The notes beneath the pieces are model-generated. The model did no database searches, was not told the origin of the DNA, and saw only the letters and a program-made list of their open reading frames with translations. The position numbers were made by a program, and so were the translations under genes. A stretch of 64,000 bases of DNA, from assembly GCA_024229515.1 (NCBI GenBank), contig JAAESI010000030.1, forward strand, positions 78,404 through 142,403. Direction: 5' to 3'. Below, one piece after another: positions 1 through 9,660 of the stretch. The DNA is from Pseudomonadota bacterium. Its GTDB lineage: Bacteria; Myxococcota_A; UBA796; UBA9615. Position 1 is the first letter of the stretch, and each line of letters starts with the position of its first letter.

Positions 1-1860
1 CAGGGCCAGGAGGGCGTCGAGTTGGGCGGCTTCGTCGCTGCCGTCCGCGAGCCCTTCGTCGCGCACGGTCAGGAGCAGGAGCACCGGGTGGCGCTCGTCG
101 TTGCGGCGGCTGATCAGGTGATGCGCGAGGCGGAGCGCGTCGCCGCCCCACTGCGCGTCGTCCAGCCAGAGGATCACGGGACGCCGAGCGGCCTCGAGGG
201 CGAGCAGATCCGACAGGGTCTGGTGTCGATGCTCGGGCTTGTCGAAGCGGACCCGGTACTCGGCATCGAGGGCCCGGCTGACCCCCGGCTGCACCAATTC
301 GGCGGCGGCCGACCGCAGGTACATGTCCTTGCGCCCGCGCGCCCCCAGCCAGCGGCCGGCGGCCAGAAGCAGTCCGTTGCGACGGGTGCCTCGGGCCGAC
401 AGCAGGCGCGCGACCATCGGGCCGATGCCGTCGGCGGGACCGGCGGGATCGGCGTGCACGGCGCGCACGACGCTGGCGACCCCAAGCTCCTCGGCCCGCT
501 CCGCCATCCACTTGACGAGCCGGCTCTTGCCCACGCCGGAGGCCCCCCGCACCACCACCCCGCGGGAGGTGCCTTCACGGATCACGTCGTGGAGCGCGCC
601 CCAGATCCGATCCCGTTCCTCGTGCCGCCCCACCAGCGGCACCGTGCGGCTCGCGTACAGCCCCAGGCCGGCGCCGAACAGCCGCGGGGGCGGGGACGAC
701 TCGGGACGCCGCCAGTCTTCCGGAGTGGGAGGACGGGGGTGCCGGACTTCGGTGTCGGGCGCTGCGGCCTGCTCTTCCGGAGGGTTCTCGGGGATCGGCA
801 GCGAGTCGGTGAGGGCGAGGGCGGTGGCGTCCACCCGGGTCGCGTCCTCCGACATCGTCAACGCCGCGGTCTGGTCGCCGCCCGAGGCCATCGACAGCAG
901 TTGGGTCCGGGTCGCCCGCCCCAGCGCCTCACCGGCGGGGATGAGGTCCGCCGCGAGCGCCTCCTCTAGAGCCATGGGGGCGAGCTCGCGCAGCGACCAG
1001 GCGGCGTCCGCGGCGCACTGGAAGCGGTCCTCGGGACGACGCGCCAGCAGGGTGTGCAGCCACGTCACCAGCGCCGGGGGCACCGGATCGAGGGGCTCCA
1101 GATCGGGCAGCTTGCCGCCGACGTGGGCCGCCATCAGCTTGGCCAGCGGCTGGTGGCTCCCGTAGGGCGGCGACCCCGTCAGCAGCGCCCACGCCAGGCA
1201 GCCGACGGCGTACAGGTCCGTCCACGGACCGATGCGGCGGACCTCCCCCAGGAGCTGCTCCGGCGCGCAGAAGGCCGGACTCCCCGCAAACTCGGTCTCC
1301 AGGCTCACGTCGCCGCTGTCGGGGTCGGCCATGCGGGCGATGCCGAAGTCGGTGAGCTTCAGCCCCGGCCGCTGGTCCAGCGACGTGCCGATGAGCACGT
1401 TCCCGGGCTTGATGTCCCGGTGGATGACCCCGCGCGCGTGGCTGTGGGCGAGGGCATCCAGCAGGGACAGCAGCACCGGACGCACCCGCGGCCAGCTGAG
1501 CATCCCGCGGTGGTCGTGGAGCGTGCCCCCGGAGCAGAGCTCCATCACGAGCCACGGCGACGCCGCGGGGAGGTGTCCGTCGCTGGCCTCAGCCTCGGCG
1601 TCGGTGACCTCGCCCAGGTCGAGCACGTGCACGATCGCGGGGTGGTGCAGCGACGCGACGGCCCGCACCTCGATCGCGAACTGCTCCAGGATGCGGCTTC
1701 CCCAGCGCAGCGACGGTCGAATCAGCTTGATGGCGACGGGCACGCCGTCGACCCGGTGACGTCCCCGCCAGACGGTGCCCATGCCGCCGCGTCCCAGGAG
1801 CTCGGTCAGCTCGAAGGGGCCGACCGGGATGGGCTGATCGATTTGGAGCTTCTTCGCCAC
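1..1860 (-). CDS. Ser/Thr protein kinase fused to AAA/STAND-like ATPase domain (partial, runs off window)
   Basis: Manual translation from GTG at 1860: LLGRGGMGTVW, VIHRDIKPGNVL, LTDFGIA, then Walker A GASGVGKSRL near 540. Not in the ORF track because there is no stop inside the window. Confidence 0.88.
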   Translation of the reverse strand, partial: MAKKLQIDQPIPVGPFELTELLGRGGMGTVWRGRHRVDGVPVAIKLIRPSLRWGSRILEQFAIEVRAVASLHHPAIVHVLDLGEVTDAEAEASDGHLPAASPWLVMELCSGGTLHDHRGMLSWPRVRPVLLSLLDALAHSHARGVIHRDIKPGNVLIGTSLDQRPGLKLTDFGIARMADPDSGDVSLETEFAGSPAFCAPEQLLGEVRRIGPWTDLYAVGCLAWALLTGSPPYGSHQPLAKLMAAHVGGKLPDLEPLDPVPPALVTWLHTLLARRPEDRFQCAADAAWSLRELAPMALEEALAADLIPAGEALGRATRTQLLSMASGGDQTAALTMSEDATRVDATALALTDSLPIPENPPEEQAAAPDTEVRHPRPPTPEDWRRPESSPPPRLFGAGLGLYASRTVPLVGRHEERDRIWGALHDVIREGTSRGVVVRGASGVGKSRLVKWMAERAEELGVASVVRAVHADPAGPADGIGPMVARLLSARGTRRNGLLLAAGRWLGARGRKDMYLRSAAAELVQPGVSRALDAEYRVRFDKPEHRHQTLSDLLALEAARRPVILWLDDAQWGGDALRLAHHLISRRNDERHPVLLLLTVRDEGLADGSDEAAQLDALLAL

Positions 1861-1877
1861 CAACCGAGGTTAGCGAA

Positions 1878-4625
1878 TCACCGCCCCAGCACGCTGGCAG
1901 GTTCGTCGGCCATCGACAGCTCGGCCTCGTGGACCGCCTCGTGGTGCAGCTCCTCGGAACGATCGAGCTCGCCGAGGTCGGCCTCCCGTTCGGACCACCG
2001 CATCAGCAGGTCGTGCAGGTCGGAGCGGAGGCTGGCGTCGGCCAGGAGGGTCCTGGCCGACAGCATCGACACGCGGGCCACGTCCGCTTGCCCCTGGGCG
2101 AACTGCAGCTCCCCCCAAAGGCCGAGAAACAGGGCACGCATGCGGGGATGACCGAGCTCCTCGGCGAGGGCGAGCGCGCCAGTCAGCTGCCGCTCCGCAT
2201 TCCCGTGGCGGCCGAGCGCGAGCATCAGCTCCCCCATCGAGCCGCGGGCCGCCGCTTCCAACCGCGAACTCCGCACCTCCAGCGCGATCGCGAGGCCTTC
2301 TTCCAACAACGGGCGCGCGCCCGTGCAGTCGCCCCAGCTGAGCTTGAGCCCGCCGAAGCTGATCGAGCTCCCGGCCTCCCCGCCCCGGTCGCCGAGCTCT
2401 CGACGGAGCGCCAGCGATCGCTCCAGCAGCTCGCACGCTTCGTCGCGACGGTCGTGCAGCGCCTGCAGGGAGGCGACCGCGTCCAGGAGCGTCGCCTCCA
2501 TCGGACGGTCCCCGATCTCCTCCGCCGCGGTCAGGGCCGCCTCGAACATCGACAGCGCCCGCACGGGCCGGCCGCGGTGGAAGTCGATCCGGCCCAGCTC
2601 ATCCAGCATCCGGGTCTCGGTCCGCCGATCACACGTCGCCCGGGCCAGATCCAACGCCGTCTCCAGCTCCGCACGCGACTCCTTGATCTGACCGGCCGCG
2701 CGCAGCACCGCGCCGTGGGTCCCGTGGCACCGGGCCCGAAGCGAAGGGTCGTCGGCCACGCCCGCTGCTGCCACCGCCGCCCGGGCTTCCCCGGTGGCGG
2801 CCGCGAGGTCGGAGTGGAGCAACGCGCGAGCTCGCGCCCGATGAATGGACGTGTCCAGCACCGCTCCGGCCCCGGCCCAGGGCACGATCCGATCCAGCAT
2901 CGCCAACGCGGGACCCTGGCGTCCGGCCACCAGCAGCCCCTCGGCCCCCGCGAGCAGCAAGGAAGCCCGCTCCTCGTCGCCCAGCGCATCCAGCGCGAGG
3001 GTCGAATCCAGCAGGCCCCCGTAGGCCAGCAGCGGCCCCCGGAACCGCCCCACCGCGAGCAACGCCTCGACGCAGCCGGAGGCAACTTCGGCGTCTCCGC
3101 GGTCGATCGCGCGGCGCGCCGCCTCGACCAGGTCGGCGCGCCCCGTGACGAGCTGACCGAGCCCGGCCGCCGTGCCCCGAGCCTCCAGCGCCTCCAGGGA
3201 ATCGGGATCTCCGAGCCACCGGTACCACTGCCCGTGGCGGACCTCCGCGTCGCCGGCCCCCGGCTGCTCGCTGGCGAACTGCCGCACGGCCTCGAACAAG
3301 GTCAACCAGGGCGAGCCCGAGCTTCCATCGGGGGGCGGCACCTGCCGCGCCAACGAACGGGCACAGAGCCTCCGAACCACGGGCAGGGGAGCCTCCTCGG
3401 AGAGCTCCAGGACCGCATCCACGGCGTCCACCGGCGCGGCCCCGACGAACGTCGACAGCTGCACCAGAGCGGTCCGTTCCACGTCCGACAGGAGCTCCCA
3501 CGAGGACGCGATCGCGGCCCGCAGGCTGCCGTGCCGAGCGGGTCGGTCGGGCCTCTGCGCCTTGAGCAGATCCAACTGCCGGGCCAGCCGCGACTGCAGG
3601 TCCGAGGGGGCCAGGAACGAGGCCCACCCCGCCGCCAGCTCGATCGCCAGGGGCAGCCCGTCGAGCTTCTCCAGCACCGCCGCCAGCGTCTGCGGTTCCT
3701 TGTAGCCGGCGAGCACATCGGCCCCCGCCCGACAGAGGAACAGCTCCGCGGCGGCCGCCGCCTGCAGCGGTCCCACCGTCACCGTCAGCTCCTCCGAAAT
3801 CGACAGCGGCTCCCGGGAGGTGGCCACGATCCGAAGGCTCCCCGGTTCACTCAAGAGCGTGGTGGTGAACGCTCGCGCGGCCGCGAGCGCCTGCTCGAGG
3901 TTGTCGAGGATGAGCACCAACCGGCCGCGACCGCGAAGGGCCGCCGCGAGCCCCGGCTCGGCCTCGTCCCCGGCCAGTTCGATGCCGAGGGCGCCGGCCA
4001 CCGAGGCGACGAGATCCTCCTCGGTGAGCGCGCCCGCCGACTCCACCAGCCGCACCTCATCGGCGGCAAGATCATCGACGAGCTGCCTGCCCGCTTCGAT
4101 GGCGAGGCGCGACTTGCCCACGCCCGCGGCCCCGGTGATGGTGACCAGCCGCCGCCCTTCCGAGAGGGCATCGAGGGTGTGCTCCAGGTCCTCGCTGCGC
4201 CCGAGCATCGGCCCGTCGAGGGTCGGCAGATCGTGGCGTGGTTCGTCGCCGACCGTGGGTGCGACCTCGTCGATCGTCGCCTCCTCGGGGCGCGGGTCGG
4301 TAGCCTGGAACCGGTAGCCCGCGCCGACGACGGTGACGAGGTGATCAGGCGCGCCCGCGTCGCGCTCGACCTTCGCCCGCAGCCGCCCCATCGTGGTCTT
4401 CACGGTCCGGGAGATGACCCCCCCGCGGTAGCCCCAGACCTCCCGCAGGAGGTCGCGCTGCGACACCACGGCGCCGTCCTGGGACACCAGGTAGGCGAGC
4501 AGCTTCGTCTCGGTGGGGGTGAGGCTGCGGCCGCCATCAGGCCACTGGGCCGCGCGCGCCGCAAAGTCGATGGTGCAGCCAGCCAGCCGCAAAGTCCGCG
4601 GCAGCGTCGCGAGGAGTTCCTCCAT
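1878..4625 (-). CDS. OmpR-type winged-helix + NB-ARC-like ATPase + TPR transcriptional regulator
   Basis: LTPTETKLLAYL...LLREVWGY...RLRAKVE...LVTVVGAGYRF (Trans_reg_C), Walker A GAAGVGKSRLA, LDGLPLAIELAA, C-terminal TPR-like repeats. Start placed at ATG 4625. Confidence 0.88.
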   Translation of the reverse strand: MEELLATLPRTLRLAGCTIDFAARAAQWPDGGRSLTPTETKLLAYLVSQDGAVVSQRDLLREVWGYRGGVISRTVKTTMGRLRAKVERDAGAPDHLVTVVGAGYRFQATDPRPEEATIDEVAPTVGDEPRHDLPTLDGPMLGRSEDLEHTLDALSEGRRLVTITGAAGVGKSRLAIEAGRQLVDDLAADEVRLVESAGALTEEDLVASVAGALGIELAGDEAEPGLAAALRGRGRLVLILDNLEQALAAARAFTTTLLSEPGSLRIVATSREPLSISEELTVTVGPLQAAAAAELFLCRAGADVLAGYKEPQTLAAVLEKLDGLPLAIELAAGWASFLAPSDLQSRLARQLDLLKAQRPDRPARHGSLRAAIASSWELLSDVERTALVQLSTFVGAAPVDAVDAVLELSEEAPLPVVRRLCARSLARQVPPPDGSSGSPWLTLFEAVRQFASEQPGAGDAEVRHGQWYRWLGDPDSLEALEARGTAAGLGQLVTGRADLVEAARRAIDRGDAEVASGCVEALLAVGRFRGPLLAYGGLLDSTLALDALGDEERASLLLAGAEGLLVAGRQGPALAMLDRIVPWAGAGAVLDTSIHRARARALLHSDLAAATGEARAAVAAAGVADDPSLRARCHGTHGAVLRAAGQIKESRAELETALDLARATCDRRTETRMLDELGRIDFHRGRPVRALSMFEAALTAAEEIGDRPMEATLLDAVASLQALHDRRDEACELLERSLALRRELGDRGGEAGSSISFGGLKLSWGDCTGARPLLEEGLAIALEVRSSRLEAAARGSMGELMLALGRHGNAERQLTGALALAEELGHPRMRALFLGLWGELQFAQGQADVARVSMLSARTLLADASLRSDLHDLLMRWSEREADLGELDRSEELHHEAVHEAELSMADEPASVLGR

Positions 4626-4773
4626 CGCGCAACAGCCTAGCGGGATTGGCTTCGCAAGACGAAGGCGGCCCCGAGGCGGGGGACTTGCCTCGAGGCCGAC
4701 CTCGTTGCTCAAACATCCGCCAAAAGGCTGGGGAGGACGGATGGAGCGTTTCGTCGGGGGACGAATCTGGTGG

Positions 4774-5409
4774 CTACGGAACCGGCTTGAGCAGCTCCGA
4801 AGGATCACGGGAAGCCGGGGCGCCGCGGCGCTCGGACTTGCCGCCGACCGGGGGCTCGGCCGTCGCGATCTCGTTGGGGTTGTCGACCATCGCAGTCGCC
4901 ATGGGCGCGCGACGGGTCGGGGCCCGAACCGAATCCTGGGCGCGGATGTTGTCGGCGATGACGCTCGACATGCGCATCTCACCGTCGAACCGGACCCCCT
5001 CATCCATCGTGATGATGGGCGAGGTGATGTTGCCGACGATGACACCCGGGGCGCGCAGGTCGCAGCGCTCGCGAGCGTTGATGTTGCCTTCGACGCGACC
5101 GGCGATGATCACCGTGGCGACGTCGATCTCAGCCTCGAGCTCGGCGTCGGGGCCGATCTCCAGGGTGTCGTTGGAGAAGATCTCGCCCGTGAAGCGGCCG
5201 TCGATGCGGACCCGACCTTCGAAGGTGAGCTTGCCCTCGTAGATGCAACCGCGACCGAGGAACGCGTTGAGCTCCGTCGAAGCGCTCTTGCGCGACGGCA
5301 CCACCGGCGCCTTGGGGGGCGGCAGTTGGCGGACGTCGTCCTCCATGTCGAATCCGCCCTCCGGCGGCGTGGCAAACAGCGAATCCCTGCGTCCGAACTT
5401 CATCTCCAT
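4774..5409 (-). CDS. Bactofilin (polymer-forming cytoskeletal protein, BacM-like position downstream of parB)
   Basis: Beta-helix repeats GKLTFEGRVRIDGRFTGEI...VIIAGRVEGNI...GNITSPIITMDEGVRFDG; same synteny as Myxococcus parA-parB-bacM. Confidence 0.9.
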   Translation of the reverse strand: MEMKFGRRDSLFATPPEGGFDMEDDVRQLPPPKAPVVPSRKSASTELNAFLGRGCIYEGKLTFEGRVRIDGRFTGEIFSNDTLEIGPDAELEAEIDVATVIIAGRVEGNINARERCDLRAPGVIVGNITSPIITMDEGVRFDGEMRMSSVIADNIRAQDSVRAPTRRAPMATAMVDNPNEIATAEPPVGGKSERRGAPASRDPSELLKPVP

Positions 5410-5414
5410 GTCCC

Positions 5415-6299
5415 CTAAAGCAGCCCCTCGATCCGCTCTACGAGTCGGTCGAGATCTTGTCGTGTGTAGTACTCGAGGACGAGCTTCCCGCCCTCACCCC
5501 TTGCCCGCGGCTTGACCTTCACTCGCGTGCCGAGGTGGCGCGCCAATCGGTCTTGAAGGTCCACCAGGGGTGCGGACAGCTCCCCCGCGGTGGCCCGTTT
5601 GTGTCGTCCTTGCCGGGTCTTGCGAACCAGCTCTTCGGTCTGTCGCACCGACAGCGAGCCGGCCACCACCTGGGTGAAGACCTCGAGCATCGCGTCGGCA
5701 CCGGCTTCGTGGAGGCCCAGCAGGGCGCGCCCGTGACCCATCGTCACGGCGCCGCGGCTGAGCGCGTCCAAGATCTCTTCGGGGAGCTTGAGCAGCCGAA
5801 GCTGGTTGCTGATCGTGCTGCGGTCCTTGCCGACCCGGCGCGACAGCTCCTCCTGCGTGTACCCGAACTCCTCGATGAGATCGCGGTACGCTGCCGCCTC
5901 ATCCACGGGGTTCAGGTCCTCGCGCATGATGTTCTCGATCAGCGCGATCTCCAGGCTCTCGGCCCGGTCGACCCGGCGGATGATCGCCGGCACGGTGCGC
6001 AGACCGGCCTTGCAGGCGGCCCGGTAGCGGCGCTCGCCCGCGACGATCTCGTAGGTGCCGTCCTTGGGACGGAGGAGAATCGGCTGGATGATCCCCTGCT
6101 CGTGGATCGACGCGGTCAGCTCCGCCAGGGTCTCGGCGTTGAACCGACGACGCGGCTGCATCGGGTTGGCCTTCACCTCGTCGATGGGAATCTGAACGAC
6201 GGCGCCCGAGGCGAGGGCGGCGCGGGGGCTGTCCAGCTCCTCGCGGGCTTCCGGGATCAGGGAGGCGAGCCCGCGACCCAGCGTGTTTCGACCCTTCAT
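5415..6299 (-). CDS. parB: Chromosome partitioning protein ParB
   Basis: LGRGLASLI N-terminus, QPRRRF, GIIQPI, IVAGERRYRA CTP-binding motif, ENIMREDLNP, HTH. Confidence 0.97.
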   Translation of the reverse strand: MKGRNTLGRGLASLIPEAREELDSPRAALASGAVVQIPIDEVKANPMQPRRRFNAETLAELTASIHEQGIIQPILLRPKDGTYEIVAGERRYRAACKAGLRTVPAIIRRVDRAESLEIALIENIMREDLNPVDEAAAYRDLIEEFGYTQEELSRRVGKDRSTISNQLRLLKLPEEILDALSRGAVTMGHGRALLGLHEAGADAMLEVFTQVVAGSLSVRQTEELVRKTRQGRHKRATAGELSAPLVDLQDRLARHLGTRVKVKPRARGEGGKLVLEYYTRQDLDRLVERIEGLL

Positions 6300-7099
6300 C
6301 AGGCGCTCCGAATGGCGCGGCCAGGACGAACCGCTGCGTGGTGACGCTCCAGCAGCTCCCGGGCCAGGCCCAGGTACGCCAGCGAGCCCTTGGCCCGAAC
6401 GTCGTAGAGGATGATCGGCTTGCCGAACGAGGGAGCCTCACCGAGGCGTACGTTCCGCGGGATGGTCGTGTCGAAGACCTTCGTGCCGAAGTGAGCGCGC
6501 ACGTCGTTCTCGACCTGCTGGCTCAACCGGTTCCGGTTGTCGACCATCGTCAGGAGGATCCCCTCCCACTGCAGCGCCGGGTTCAACCGCCGCTGGATGA
6601 GCTGCACCGTGCGGGTCAGCTCGCCGAGCCCTTCCAGCGCGAAGTACTCCGCCTGCAGGGGGATGAGCACCGAGTCGGCCGCCGTCAGCGAGTTCAGGGT
6701 CAGCAGACCGAGGCTCGGGGGGCAGTCGATGAAGATGTAGTCGAAGGCGGAGCTGACCGTCTTGAGGGCGTCGTCGAGGCGATGCTCGCGCGCCATCGCG
6801 CTTGTCAGCTCGATCTCGGCTCCCACCAGGTCGCTGTTTGCGGGTGCCACGCTAAGCCACGGAAGATCCGTGGGGACGATGACCTCGGCGAGGGGAACGT
6901 CGTTGCAGAGCACGTCGTAGATCGACCGCTCGACTTCGGACTTGTTGATGCCCAGACCGCTGGAGGCGTTGCCCTGCGGGTCCATGTCGACGAGGAGCAC
7001 ACGCCGTTCCGCAGCCGCCACACAAGCGGCGAGGTTCACCGCGGTGGTCGTCTTGCCGACGCCGCCCTTCTGGTTGCTGATCGTGATGATGCGCGCCAT
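6299..7099 (-). CDS. parA: Chromosome partitioning ATPase ParA/Soj
   Basis: [11 protein letters not shown] deviant Walker A, DMDPQGNAS, IDCPPSLG, IPRNVRLGEAPSFG. Confidence 0.97.
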   Translation of the reverse strand: MARIITISNQKGGVGKTTTAVNLAACVAAAERRVLLVDMDPQGNASSGLGINKSEVERSIYDVLCNDVPLAEVIVPTDLPWLSVAPANSDLVGAEIELTSAMAREHRLDDALKTVSSAFDYIFIDCPPSLGLLTLNSLTAADSVLIPLQAEYFALEGLGELTRTVQLIQRRLNPALQWEGILLTMVDNRNRLSQQVENDVRAHFGTKVFDTTIPRNVRLGEAPSFGKPIILYDVRAKGSLAYLGLARELLERHHAAVRPGRAIRSA

Positions 7100-7172
7100 G
7101 TGCGTCGAGCGTAAATCGCTCTTACATGCGCGCGCAATGCAAAACTGGGAAAAACCGCCAAATGCGGCAGGT

Positions 7173-7760
7173 TTACTTGTAGAGCGCGTGCAGCCGATTG
7201 GCCGAGGGACGGCCGGGAACCGTTCGCACGATCTCCCATCCCGACGCGATCGGGGCCGGTGATGCCACGGACAACACGCACGCGGTCGCCCCCAGTCGGC
7301 CCGCGTCGCCGAGCACCTCGGCGGGCGCCTTGAACGCTCGCGCCGTGATCACCGGGAGGATGTCCAGGTCCAGGTCCTCGAGCCGGGTGTGGTGGACGGT
7401 AACTTCCGCCAGATTCATGGCGCGGATCGCCGCACGCAGGAACGCGACGCGCTTGCGGCGGGACTCCACGAGGTGAAATCGACGCTTCGGGAGCGCCGAG
7501 GCGAGGATCAACGCGGGGAGTCCGCAGCCGGAACCGAGATCGAGTACGGGCCCCTCGGTCTCCTTCAGCAGCCGAACCGCCATCCATGCATCCGCGATCC
7601 CCTCCCGCATGAGCCCATCGGCCGTGCGCCAGCCGACGAGCCGCTGGGCGCGACTCCACTTCTCCAGCGTCTCGCTCCAGGTGACGATCCGCTCCGCCAC
7701 GTCGTGTTCCACCCCCGAGAACTCCGAGAGCACCCGCCCCAACGGCACCGCCAAGGTCAT
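7173..7760 (-). CDS. rsmG: 16S rRNA m7G527 methyltransferase RsmG (GidB)
   Basis: LDLGSGCGLP SAM motif, LVESRRKRVAFL, ITARAF; located between mnmG and parA. Confidence 0.9.
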   Translation of the reverse strand: MTLAVPLGRVLSEFSGVEHDVAERIVTWSETLEKWSRAQRLVGWRTADGLMREGIADAWMAVRLLKETEGPVLDLGSGCGLPALILASALPKRRFHLVESRRKRVAFLRAAIRAMNLAEVTVHHTRLEDLDLDILPVITARAFKAPAEVLGDAGRLGATACVLSVASPAPIASGWEIVRTVPGRPSANRLHALYK

Positions 7761-9568
7761 CGCAGCCTCCCCGCCAGCAGCGCGATCGCGGCCGGCGTCA
7801 TCCCCGGAATGCGCGCCGCCTCCCCCAGGGTGGCAGGCCGATCGGCGGTCAGCTTCTGCACGATCTCCCCGCGGAGCCCGTGCAACGTGCCGTAGTCGAA
7901 GTCGGCCGGAAGCGGCATGTCGGTGAGTTCGCGGAGGCGGGCGATCTCAGCGCCCTGCCGCTTGATGTACGGGGCGTACCGGCACTGGGTGCTCACCTGC
8001 TCGGCGACCTCGTCGGACATGGCGGGGAGCTCGACCCCCAGCGCCTCGGCCGCGCTGGCCACGTCCGAGGTCTCCGGCTTGCGCACCTGGAGCGCCACCT
8101 TCGTCGCCTCCGCCCACTGCAGCCCCAGGGCGATCGCCTCCCGACGCGCCTCGAACAGCGCCCACCGGGCGTCATCGACGAGGCCGAGCTTCCGCCCGAT
8201 CGGGGTCAGCCGTAGGTCCGCGTTGTCCTCGCGGAGCACCAACCGCCACTCCGCGCGCGAGGTGAACATGCGGTACGGCTCCCGGGTTCCACGGGTCGTC
8301 AGATCGTCCACGAGCACGCCCAGGTAGCCCTCGTCGCGCCCCACCGTGAAACACGAACCCTCGAGTGCTGCGTGTGGTTTCACGTGCAACGCCGCGTTGA
8401 TCCCCGCCAGGAGGCCTTGCGCAGCCGCTTCCTCGTAGCCCGTCGTGCCGTTGATTTGACCGGCCAGGAAGAGTCCTTCAGCCATCCGGCTCTGCAATCC
8501 CGCGTTCAAGTCACGAGGGTCGGCGAAGTCGTACTCGATTGCGTAGCCAGGCCGGACGACGACCACGTCCTCGAGCCCTTCGATGGTTCGCAACGCGGTC
8601 AGCTGGACCGCCGCCGGAAGGCTCGTAGAGAAGCCATTCGGATAGATCTCGCGCGTACTCAGCCCCTCGGGCTCCAGGAACAACCGGTGCATCGTCTTGT
8701 GCGGGAACCGGACGATCTTGTCCTCGATGCTTGGGCAGTACCGAGGTCCAGTACTGTCGATGACGGCTGATTCCCCGTACAGGGGAGAATGGCGCAGCCC
8801 TTCGCGGATCGCGGCGTGGGTGCGCTCGGATGTGGCCGTGGTCCGGCAACGCACCTGGGGCAGGCTCGAGGCGGGCCCCAGGAACGAGAACCGGCCCCCG
8901 GGGTGATCGCCGACCTGGAGGGGGAGCCGATCCCAGTGGATCGAGCGACCGTCCAGCCGCGGCACGGTCCCCGTCTTGAGGCGTCCGAGGCGATGGCCGA
9001 TCCGCTCGAGGGAAGCGCTGAGCTGGCCCGCCGCGGGGGCTCCGTTGCCGCCGCCGGAGCGGTGGGTCATGCCCGTGTGGAGCGTGCCCCGCAGGTACGT
9101 GCCCGTGGTGATGATCACGGCTTCGCACCGAACCACCGAACCGTCCGCCAGCTCGACTCCGGTGGTGCGCTCGCCCTCGGTGACGACGCCCACGACCTCG
9201 CCCTGGAGCACCGACAGGTTCGGCGTCGTACGAACGGTGTGGTGCATGCGGCGCTGGTAGAGGTGTCGATCGACCTGCGCGCGGCTGCTCCGCACGGCCA
9301 GCCCCTTGCGGGTGTTCAGGTACTTGAACTGGATGGAGGTCGCGTCCGTGACGAGCGCCATCTCACCGCCGAGGGCGTCGATCTCGCGGACGAGGTGCCC
9401 CTTGCCCTGCCCCCCGATCGCCGGGTTGCACGGCATCCGCCCGATGCCCCCTTCGATCAGCGTGATGAGCAGCACGGATCGCCCCAGGCGGGCCGCCGCC
9501 AGGCACGCCTCGATCCCCGCGTGCCCGCCGCCGACGACCACAATCTGGGGGTGTTCCACGTGCAACAA
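7757..9568 (-). CDS. mnmG: tRNA uridine-5-carboxymethylaminomethyl modification enzyme MnmG (GidA)
   Basis: GGGHAGIEA, MPCNPAIGG, RLKTGT, GPRYCPSIEDK, AGQINGTTGYEEAAAQG, EPYRMFTSRAE. Confidence 0.97.
   Translation of the reverse strand: MLHVEHPQIVVVGGGHAGIEACLAAARLGRSVLLITLIEGGIGRMPCNPAIGGQGKGHLVREIDALGGEMALVTDATSIQFKYLNTRKGLAVRSSRAQVDRHLYQRRMHHTVRTTPNLSVLQGEVVGVVTEGERTTGVELADGSVVRCEAVIITTGTYLRGTLHTGMTHRSGGGNGAPAAGQLSASLERIGHRLGRLKTGTVPRLDGRSIHWDRLPLQVGDHPGGRFSFLGPASSLPQVRCRTTATSERTHAAIREGLRHSPLYGESAVIDSTGPRYCPSIEDKIVRFPHKTMHRLFLEPEGLSTREIYPNGFSTSLPAAVQLTALRTIEGLEDVVVVRPGYAIEYDFADPRDLNAGLQSRMAEGLFLAGQINGTTGYEEAAAQGLLAGINAALHVKPHAALEGSCFTVGRDEGYLGVLVDDLTTRGTREPYRMFTSRAEWRLVLREDNADLRLTPIGRKLGLVDDARWALFEARREAIALGLQWAEATKVALQVRKPETSDVASAAEALGVELPAMSDEVAEQVSTQCRYAPYIKRQGAEIARLRELTDMPLPADFDYGTLHGLRGEIVQKLTADRPATLGEAARIPGMTPAAIALLAGRLR
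8376..8391. promoter_or_regulatory. parS-like palindrome GGTTTCACGTGCAACG inside mnmG
   Basis: Close match to the canonical parS TGTTTCACGTGAAACA; about 1.3 kb from parA. Confidence 0.7.
9552..9567. promoter_or_regulatory. parS-like palindrome TGTTCCACGTGCAACA overlapping the mnmG 5' end
   Basis: Two mismatches to the canonical parS; near parAB and the origin. Confidence 0.8.
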
Positions 9569-9660
9569 AATGTCCGAGTCAGAGATTTAACGTGATTTGA
9601 GCCACCGCGCGGGGACCCCTGGGCCCTCGGTGCCGCCGAGCCTCAAACACGTTGTTTTGT

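Noticed and set aside
1-4625. Kinase-ATPase and wHTH-ATPase-TPR genes as an Avs-type defence system
   Set aside because: No nuclease, TIR or SIR2 effector is visible, and these architectures are abundant signalling proteins in myxobacteria-like genomes.
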